Shown here: positions 54,644-64,000 of the stretch, in pieces | How the letters are laid out: each line of letters begins with the position of its first letter | Position numbering within the stretch: the first letter of the stretch is position 1 | Origin: Balanoglossus misakiensis | Lineage: Eukaryota; Animalia; Hemichordata | Assembly: GCA_040954595.2 (NCBI GenBank) | Contig: CM082586.2 | Span: 7,719,337-7,783,336 of the forward strand | Length of the DNA: 64,000 nt | Direction: 5' to 3' | Notes under the pieces: generated by a model | What the model saw: only the letters and a program-made list of their open reading frames with translations | Told to the model about the DNA's origin: nothing | Database searches by the model: none | Made by a program: the position numbers and the translations under genes

Positions 54644-57600
54644 AGTTAGTTATATACCAGAAAGCAAAAAAAACATACTGGCATGACACATGCAAAAATA
54701 CATTCACAAACATACTGAACACACTGACATTACACATGCATGCACAAACATGTTGTTTGTTTTGGTTAATTTGTTTGGTATTTACTGTTTAAAAAGAAGA
54801 CAAGAAGACTGTTGAAAATAAGAAAAAGAAGAGGAAGAAGAGTGTTATTTGTTGTTAAAAAAGGGCACAGAGAAATAAAATAAGTATGTCTAATTTGTGT
54901 CTCAAATGCTATGTCTGATATAAAAAAATGTAGACATGCATTTGATGTCCCAGTTGAAACACACAAATATTCAGCTACGGAGAGGAGAGTATAAACACAT
55001 ATTGGAACCCTCAAAAGGTGGAAATTCAAGAAGGAAGAGGTAAAGAACAGCAATAAGGTGAGTTAAATTTGTGTTTTATTAGTGTAAACATTGCTTTATT
55101 AGTACCACTCTGGTTTTCTTATTTTTTCAGCAATGAAGATCACATAGCTTCACATAGCTTCACCATTTCTTTGTATCTGCTTATAGTCATAACATTTCTA
55201 ATTCTTCTTCAGGAGTCACATATACAAATGTGACTACCAGCACAACACATCGACCAATATTCCCCAAACCAACTGGCCCCAATGTTTGCAGCACGAAGAA
55301 CTGTTGGAAAAAATAATGAAGGAAACCAAAATGTAACGTGTACAGAAAAACATTACTGAAACCAAACTTGATGAAATATCAATGTTGTCTGCAAAACTCT
55401 TCTTGGAGGTAAGAAACTCTGAACGAAAAATAACATGTGGTTCACTGGTTGACTGAGTTTTACAACCTGAAATTTTTAATTGCCAATGTAAAACGTTTCA
55501 AGCAAACGTCAATACTTTTCTTGCATCAGATTTTTGATCCTTGATACAACACACCCCAAGAAAGATGTAACGAAGAAGTGTCAGTTGAATCTTCGTCAAG
55601 GCGTAACAGGAAAGGGTGTCCGAGGAAGAGTGTTGAGAAAGTGAAAGACAACTGAAAAGGGTGGAAAAAGGTAAAGCGAGTTTGCCCTGGGGAGGGATGT
55701 TCTGCCTCTGTCGTCTAATCCACATGCACAACTATGAAATGCATGCCCTCATCAAGGAGAAAGAGGTTGCAACAAAAACACAAGGGGGTAGGTTTTCACA
55801 GAGAGTGCCTGTACGATATTGCAATGGCATTGTCATGTGGATTTACAGACAACTCCCTTGACTTTGAGTTTGCACGGATCTTGGAAGCGACCTGTACAAG
55901 AACGCAATTACAGAATCAGTGGAGGAATGTAGGAAGAGAGCTGCAAAAAAAAAAGGTCCAAGAGCCAGCCTGAAGAAAGTGGTGACATCCAAACAAGGGT
56001 TCATAAAACCTAATCACCAAGTAAAGAAGGAGAAACTGCATTAACTTCAGACTCGGAAAGTGAAGAAACAGCAACTTGGGGGACACTATAGAACCAACAA
56101 CAGACAACTCAACAAATGAAGATACACCAGCTGCAGAGACAGTAACAGGGTCATGACAATGGCGACTGCGAGCAAGTTGTCCAGTGTGCTTGATCCTGAC
56201 ATCCACAATTTTTTCGTGGGAGGCAAGCGTTCTCAGAGTACCAAGATAAGATGATTGAAGACATATTCTGAAAACATTGCAAGAGCCCATGTATTTGTGG
56301 TAAGGCAGCGTGACAGTCCTCTGAAAGCTGCCATACACAGAATCACCGTGAAAAAATACCCAGTATATGACTGAGTCAGGGCTTCCATTAGAAAGAAACA
56401 GAAGCAGAAGCTTTAACTGTTTAACTGTTGGCATTAACCTGATGACATATTGCCGCCCCTCTGTTATATGGAATAACCTTCCAATTGATGTTCACTTCTC
56501 TGATAGCCTTCTCTCATTATGCATATTGCCAGAAGGCCAAATTAATATCCTTTCCACTATGAGGCTCAGCAAATGAAATTTTATTTTTAATTTTAAATGT
56601 CACGAATGTTCCCCTTTTTGAAGTTTTGGAAGATCATCTTATCAACAAGTTCAAAACGAGTATGTAATACCTAAAATTGAAAATACTTTGAAAACATAAC
56701 AGAGAGAGGTATTTGAATCGCTACATGGAAATCACATCAAAAGAAAACAATCGGTGACGGTAGATGTGACTGTCCCAGATACAATGTTAAGTATAGCTCA
56801 TATTCAATGACGTATTCTGTGTCAAAGAAAGTTGTTGATTTTTCAGTTGTACAAGTGAGTGAGGTTTCTTCATCTGTTGCCATGGAGAAAGAAGGCTTCC
56901 AGCGAGTCGTGGAAAATATGGCTGCCTATGGTGTTGAACCAAACACAGTCACCATTAACAGATTGAAGTGTTTGAATTACAAGGGAGGGATGCAGGAGAA
57001 TGTGTTAGCCAGTTAGGAAACACCATATAAGACATAAATAACCCCATGAACTGGCTATTATGGACCATCCATGAAAATATAAAATGTGATTATGACCTGA
57101 GGACAGCATTTGTATGAGGTTGGGATCTTGTCTACCTCTTAGACATCTCTGCTGCAGTGAGAGGCAAATGTAAGAAGTTAATCAAGCCCACCGTGCAAAG
57201 GACCAGGGGTGGTGTCAAGAAATTAATCACCGATTCAGTAGACAATGGTCCCAACGTATTAATTCTTGGCCAGGCAGGAACAGGCAAAACCCATTTATTT
57301 AAGAAAATCTTAAAGCTGCACAGTTGATGGCAAATACCATTTTGGGTATATTTGTATTTTGTGAAATAAACATCGATATACAAAACCTTTAACATGAAAA
57401 GAATTGCCCTACCCATGGACTCGGGTCAAATTTACTCGTATAACGATATAAGCTTCATAGAAAAAGTCCGATGGCAAACAACATGTTTACATGAACCGCC
57501 GATACTACACGGAAACTGTGACGTCACAATCACGAGACCAGACGCGATGTAGCGTGAATTGGAGACGTGAGGACGTGGCTTCATTCACGCGCATGTGCAT

Positions 57601-58579
57601 GCTGTCAACATGGAGGTGAGTGTTCATGAATAAACATGAAAAAGTGTTATACTATACGTATCTTTTGTTTACTCTTAGGATATCTAGATTCAGTGTGATC
57701 TCTCTTTTTTCGTTTTATAAGACTGGTTGTCGTAAGCGTCGGCATATTTTGGTGATTTGAAGAACAACTTGACGATAAAAATCGTTGATACACGTGTACG
57801 TTATTAGCTAGATGCATGTCTGCGGATTTCTAACACTGGGAACTGTAATCGTTTGGTCTGTATTCGTAATAGAAAAGTGTTCTTTTTTAGCTTTCGGATG
57901 GTTTACGAACAAGTCCGCTTTGCATTTGTTCATGAAAATATCAACAACGGTATCGTGTTGACAAAAGAGCCGAATACCATGGGAAAATCACGACGGGCCG
58001 GGAGGGATTGTATATATTACTGTGAATTACATGCATGTCAAAACATATATACAAATTGCACCTCTACCGACATGATGTACTGGTATAAGGATATTTGTGC
58101 CATGAAAGTTACGAAACCAAGACATAAATGATATTTTTGGCGAATTTCGATGCCCAAGTAACAAAAATATATACCTAAGGAATAATATGTTTTCAGGACA
58201 TGTTTTATGTATATCAAAACAAAAGCTTATGTACTAATGCTAGTGCAGGGCCTGAGTGTAGGGTTTGGATTTATTTTCAAAATAACAGGAAATTAGTAAT
58301 TATATGTGTACAATTTGCTTGTTTTTCAGACGAGTTCTGACGCGGACTATAGTCCAAGTCAGGAAAGGTCCTGCATTCAAAGAGGTAAAAAAAAGGTCGT
58401 GGTCGTGGACGAGGACGAGGAAGAGGTAGAGGAAGTCAGAGAGGACCAGAATTTGGAGGAGAAATTGTGCCAGAAGAAAGAAATATAAGACTTAGAGTGA
58501 GGGAAAGGGGCTGACGGCCACTACTGGCATTGCGGCAAGTCTCCTACCTAGCAGGAAAACCATCCACCTTTTCATTGCA

Positions 58580-59950
58580 TTGATGGACGGTCAATACACC
58601 GATCAAGAACTGGAGAACGATGGGGAGGGAAGTGTGATTTGTGATACAAACCCAAAAGAACACAGGCCCGGAAGCCGACCAAGACAGGACCGGCAGGGCA
58701 TAAGGGAGAGAAGAAACCAATCCCCTGAAAGCCCCCAGCAGGCCCCAGTTAGGAAAACCATCCCTGTAGTCAGGGAGTCGTCGGGAGACGAGGAATATGT
58801 ATTACCATCTAAGCGATACAAGCATATTATTCCCCCAGCCGAGAGTGACGAGGGTAAGGTTGAAAATGTGACTGACATTTTGGATGCATTTGAGGCCCAC
58901 CTTTTGACAGCGGATGGAGGGCGCCAAACGCAAACTTCGGCAAAACAAAATAGGTCTCAGGTAGGCCGCCTTATCCAGTCATTGGGGTCCCTGGAAGCAG
59001 TGGGGGATACAAATAAAGTTCTGAATATCATTGAAAAGACCCCAAATCTTAAAGCTAGTTCCGTAAGGAGCTCTCTCTTTTCATTCGGTATGTTTTACAA
59101 CTTTTGCTCATGCCGCACCCCACCTCTCCTCCCAGGCAAAGCAGATCTGATGCAGACATTAGTCTTGAAATGGGCTACTAGTTACAGAAAAGAGGTACAT
59201 CAAAGGTCTGCAGAATTCCAATCACAAGTGGTGCACCAGCTGCCAAATTTAGAGCCTTTGAGAACAGCAAAACGGCAAGAGATGCATACAAGATTATTGC
59301 ATCTGCTGGGAAGAAAAGTAAAGTTACCGAACTGGAATTTAAAACTGCAAATGGATGGATACATACTGGTCTGCATAGCCCTGGATTCTGCCCAAAGATC
59401 GGGAGCTCTGCGCAATGTTACAATCCGCGACTTCAATAAAGCGGTTGAAACTGACAACGGTCATGTTGTTTTGGTTGCAGAACATAAAACGGCCAGCTCC
59501 CATGGCGTGGCACGTTTGGTATTTACCAGGCAACTCTACAGAATAACATCGCTTATGATTAGAGACGTGTTTCTTAAAACACCAGGTGGGAATAAACCCA
59601 CAAGGAGACTTTTCTCGAATTATTGTGGAGAGCAGCTGAGTAGCTCAACTTTCGCCAAATTCTTGGCTGATTCCTGGCGTAAATCAGGAGTTTCTAAAAA
59701 GAAACTGACAAGTACAATTTGTAGAAAGAGCATGGTTACCATGGTTTTAGACAGCCAGCCCAAGCTATCGAAGAAATTGGCTAGCCATATGAGCCACAGG
59801 GAGACGACCCAGTCATTCTATTATAGGATTGCTGGAGCTGTGAAGGAAAGTTCCAATGTTATGCAGGAAACTAGAAAAATTAGAGATGGCTTAACATCAA
59901 ACAGTAATAAAAAAGCTGAAATTGGTCCATCAGAACCAAAGGAAAATTGA
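58580..59950 (+). CDS. Tyrosine recombinase (Crypton-like, phage-integrase fold), unit 2; open only through compensating frameshifts, probably non-functional
   Basis: Catalytic motifs: ALDSAQRSGALRNVTIRDF (R), VAEHKTASSHG (K), LTSTICRKSMVT (HxxR-equivalent), LASHMSHRETTQSFYYR (H and nucleophile Y). Relative to unit 1, a 10-nt deletion (~59240) and a 4-nt duplication (~59355) shift ~40 codons, and a +1 near 59945 truncates the C-terminus. Confidence 0.8.
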   Translation: MMDGQYTDQELENDGEGSVICDTNPKEHRPGSRPRQDRQGIRERRNQSPESPQQAPVRKTIPVVRESSGDEEYVLPSKRYKHIIPPAESDEGKVENVTDILDAFEAHLLTADGGRQTQTSAKQNRSQVGRLIQSLGSLEAVGDTNKVLNIIEKTPNLKASSVRSSLFSFGMFYNFCSCRTPPLLPGKADLMQTLVLKWATSYRKEVHQRSAEFQSQVVHQLPNLEPLRTAKRQEMHTRLLHLLGRKVKLPNWNLKLQMDGYILVCIALDSAQRSGALRNVTIRDFNKAVETDNGHVVLVAEHKTASSHGVARLVFTRQLYRITSLMIRDVFLKTPGGNKPTRRLFSNYCGEQLSSSTFAKFLADSWRKSGVSKKKLTSTICRKSMVTMVLDSQPKLSKKLASHMSHRETTQSFYYRIAGAVKESSNVMQETRKIRDGLTSNSNKKAEIGPSEPKEN

Positions 59951-62900
59951 ACAGGAGCAAGTACAGCCAATGGACATTGGGGAGGATGATACACCTATAG
60001 ATCCTCTGGAAATTGTGGATGCTGAATCCATATATGCACCCTCCACTACCGAGCAGTCACACGTCTTCTCTGGAAGACGAAGCTTTTCAAGCGAGCAAGT
60101 TGAAATGATAGAACTAAGATTTAAAAAAACATCATTGAGAAAAGTATTACTGCTGCCCAGGTTAGGCCAATAATGGAGAATGACCAAGATTTTTAGGGCA
60201 GTTTCCACGGCTATACGGTCAAGCAAATTGTAGACAGAATCCGGTGTAGTTTTAGAAAAAAGTAAGAGTAAACCGCTATTCAAGGCACTCATTTCCTGGT
60301 GTAGTTTTAGAAAAAAGTAAAGTTAGTTATATACCAGAAAGCAAAAAAAACACATACTGGCATGACACATGCATGCACAAACATGTTCTTTGTTATGGTT
60401 AATTTGTTTTGTTATTACTGTTTAAAAAGAAGACAAGAAGACTGTTGAAGATAAGAAGAGGAAGAAGAGTGTTATTTGTTATTAAAAAAAGGCACAGAGA
60501 AATAAAATAAGTGTGTCTAATTGGTGTCTCAAATGCTATGTCTGATATATGAAAAATGTACCGTAGACATGCATTTGATATCCCAGTTGAAACACACATT
60601 TTCAGCTACGGAGAGGAGAGTATAAACACATATTGGAACCCTCAAAAGGTGGAAATTCAAGAAGGAAGAGGTAAAGAACAGCAATAAGGTGAGTTAAATT
60701 TGTGTTTTATTAGTGTAAACATTGCTTTATTAGTACCACTCTGGTTTTCTTATTTTTTCAGCAATGAAGATCACATAGCTTCACCATTTCTTTGTATCTG
60801 CTTCTAGTCATAACATTTCTAATTCTTCTTCAGGAGTCACATATACAAATGTGACTACCAGCACAACACATCGACCAATATTCCCCAAACCAACTGGCCC
60901 CAATGTTTGCAGCACGAAGAACTGGTGGAAAAAATAATGAAGGAAACCGAAATGAAACGTATACAGAAAAACATTACTGAAACCAAACTTGATGAAATAT
61001 CAATGTTGTCTGCAAAACTCTTCTTGGAGGTAAGAAACTCTGAACGAAAAATAACATGTGGTTCACTGAGTTTTACAAACTGAAATTTTTAATTGCCAAT
61101 GTAAAACATTTCAAGCAAACGTCAATACTTTTCTTGCATCAGATTTTTGATCCTTGATACAACACACCCCAAGAAAGATGTAAAGAAGAAGTGTTAGTTG
61201 AATCTTCGTCAAGGCGTAACAAGAAAGGGTTTCCGAGGAAGAGTGTTGAAAGTGAAAGACAACTGAAAAGGGTGGAAAAAGGCAAAGCAAGTTTGCCCTG
61301 GGGAGGGATGTTCTGCCTCCGTCGTCTAATCCACATGCACAACTAAGAAATGCATGCCCTCATCAAGGAGAAAGAGGTTGCAACAAAAACACAAGGGGGT
61401 AGGTTTTCACAGAGAGTGCCTGTACGATATTGCAATGGCATTGTCATGTGGATTGACAGACAACTCCCTTGACTTTGAGTTTGCACGGATTCTAGAAGCC
61501 ACCTCTACAAGAACGCAATTACAGAATCAGTGGAGGAATGAAGGAAGAGAGCTGCGAAAAAAGAAAGGTCCAAAAGCCACAGTGAAGAAAGTGGTGACAT
61601 CCAAACAAGGATTTATAAAACCCAATCACCAACTTCAGAAACTTCAGACTAGGAAAGTGAAGAAACTGTTGGCGTTAACCAGATAATTGTTAAACTTGAG
61701 GATCTGGGGATCTGTTATGGAATAACCTTCCAATTGATGTTCACTTCTCTGATAGCCTTCTCTCATTATGCATATTGCCAGAAGGCCAAATTTTCCAATA
61801 TGAGGTTCAGCATATGAAAAGTTATTTTCAATTTTTAACTCCACGAATGTTCCCCTTTTAGAAGTTTTGGAAGATCATCTTATCAACAAGTTCAAAACGA
61901 GTATGTAATACCTGAAATCGAAAATACTTTGAAAACATAACAGAGAGAGGTATTTGAATCGCTACATGGAAATCACATCAAAAGAAAACAATCGGTGACG
62001 GTAGATGTGACTGTCCCAGATACAATGTTAAGTATAGCTCATATTCAATGACGTATTCTGTGTCAAAGAAAGTTGTTGATTTTTCAGTTGTACAAGTGAG
62101 TGAGGTTTCTTCATCTGTTGCCATGGAGAAAGAAGGCTTCCAGCGAGTCGTGGAAAATATGGCTGCCTATGGTGTTGAACCCAGCACAGTCGCTATTAAC
62201 AGAAGTGTTTGAATTACAAGGGAGGGATGCAGGAGAATGTGTTAGCCAGTTAGGAAACGCCATATTAGACATAAATAACCCCATGAACTGGCTATTATGG
62301 ACCATCCATGAAAATATAAAATGTGATTATGACCCGAGGACAGCATTTGTATGAGGTTGGGATCTTGTCTACCTCTTAGACATCTCTGCTGCAGTGAGAG
62401 GCAAATGAAGAAAAAGAAGTTAATTAAGCCCACCGCGGAAAGGACCAGGGGTGGTGTCAAGAAATTAATCACCGATTCAGTACACATTGGTCAAAACGTA
62501 TTAAATCTTGGCTAGGCAGGAACAGGCAAAACCCATTTATTTAAGAAAATCTTAAAGCTGCACAGTTGATGGCAAATACCATTTTGGGTATATTTGTATA
62601 ATCCTTTAACATGAAAATAATTGCCCTACCCATGGACTCGGGTCAAATTTACTCCTATAACGATATAAGCTTCATAGAAAAAGTCTGATGGTAAACAACA
62701 TGTTTACATGAACCGCCGATACTACACGGAAACTGTGACGTCACAATCACGAGACCAGACGCGATGTAGCGTGAATTGGAGACGTGAGGAAGTGGCTTCA
62801 TTCACGCACATGTGCATGCTGTCAACATGGAGGTGAGTGTTCATGAATAAACATGAAAAAGTTTAATACTATACGTATCTTTTGTTTACTCTTAGGATAT

Positions 62901-63775
62901 CCAGTTTCAGTGTGATCTCTCTTTTTTTCGTTTTATAAGACTGGTTGTCGTAAGCGTCGGCATATTTTGGTGATTGGAAGAACAACTTGACGATAAAAAT
63001 CGTTGATACACGTGTACATTATTAGCTAGATGCATGTCTGCGGATTTCTAACACTGGGAACTGTAATCGTTTGGTCTGTATTCGTAATAGAAAAGTGTTC
63101 TTTTTAGCTTTCGGATGGTTTACGAACAAGTCCGCTTTGCATTTGTTCATGAAAATATCAACAATGGTATCGTGTTGACAAAATCACGACGGGCCGGGAG
63201 GGATTGTATATATTACTGTGAATTACATGCATGTCAAAACATATATACAAATTGCACCTCTACCGACATGATGTACTGGTATAAGGATATTTGTGCCATG
63301 AAAGTTACGAAACCAAGACATAAATGATATTTTTGGCGAATTTCGATGCCCAAGTAACAAAAATATATACCTAAGGAATAATATGTTTTCAGGACATGTT
63401 TTATGTATATCAAAACAAAAGCTTATGTACTAATGCTAGTGCAGGGCCTGAGTGTAGGGTTTGGATTTATTTTCAAAATAACAGGAAATTAGTAATTATA
63501 TGTGTACAATTTGCTTGTTTTTCAGACGAGTTCTGACGCGGACTATAGTCCAAGTCAGGAAAGGTCCTGCATTCAAAGAGGTAAAAAAAAGGTCGTGGTC
63601 GTGGACGAGGACGAGGAAGAGGTAGAGGAAGTCAGAGAGGACCAGAATTTGGAGGAGAAATTGTGCCAGAAGAAAGAAATATAAGACTTAGAGTGAGGGA
63701 AAGGGGCTGACGGCCACTACTGGCATTGCGGCAAGTCTCCTACCTAGCAGGAAAACCATCCACCTTTTCATTGCA

Positions 63776-64000
63776 TTGATGGACGGTCAATACACCGATC
63801 AAGAACTGGAGAACGATGGGGAGGGAAGTGTGATTTGTGATACAAACCCAAAAGAACACAGGCCCGGAAGCCGACCAAGACAGGACCGGCAGGGCATAAG
63901 GGAGAGAAGAAACCAATCCCCTGAAAGCCCCCAGCAGGCCCCAGTTAGGAAAACCATCCCTGTAGTCAGGGAGTCGTCGGGAGACGAGGAATATGTATTA
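63776..64000 (+). CDS. Tyrosine recombinase, unit 3, N-terminal part (cut by the window end)
   Basis: Essentially identical to 58580-58804. Confidence 0.75.
   Translation, partial: MMDGQYTDQELENDGEGSVICDTNPKEHRPGSRPRQDRQGIRERRNQSPESPQQAPVRKTIPVVRESSGDEEYVL

Larger units (their letters stand above)
49487..64000 (+). mobile_element. Head-to-tail array of ~5.2-5.7-kb composite units each carrying a tyrosine recombinase (Crypton-like); continues past the window end
   Basis: The anchor CCATTTCTT.GTATCTGCTT.TAGTCATAACATTTC recurs at 49487, 55163 and 60784. Equivalent recombinase positions are 52887, 58580, 63776. Unit 3 lacks ~0.4 kb near 61680. Confidence 0.9.

Noticed and set aside
58580-59950. 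Prophage integrase, bacterial contamination or DIRS retrotransposon
   Set aside because: The context has spliceosomal signals and eukaryotic transposase fragments, with no phage genes and no RT, RNase H or gag motifs.

Overview
Intron-rich, AT-rich animal DNA, probably from an invertebrate deuterostome (inferred from gene content). Most ORFs in the track are exon fragments or noise, so genes were spliced by hand. Left half: (1) 1-2610 (+), an alpha-2,8-sialyltransferase-like (GT29) gene almost invisible in the ORF track, with a nonsense codon and a frameshift. (2) 3301-10827 (-), an intact-looking type II transmembrane serine protease with a mosaic stem (TM-mucin-LDLa-LDLa-CUB-LDLa-CUB-CUB-Fz-EGF-EGF-Fz-trypsin). 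(3) 16406-24548 (+), a 3xBIR-UBA-RING IAP, with a candidate kappaB/ETS promoter near 13.1 kb and several MITEs in its introns. (4) 28651-36382 (-), one secreted tectonin/tachylectin-like beta-propeller protein with five propeller exons, four from a very recent ~1585-bp tandem expansion. Right half (38-64 kb): decayed transposable-element fragments (BEL/Pao, a Penelope-type minimal hammerhead ribozyme, Harbinger, ISL2EU-like, NOF-like). It ends in a head-to-tail array of ~5.2-5.7 kb units, each carrying a spliced Crypton-like tyrosine recombinase gene plus Kolobok-type transposase, PIF1-like Walker A and zinc-finger-like remnants. All family assignments come from motif recognition by eye; no database search was run.
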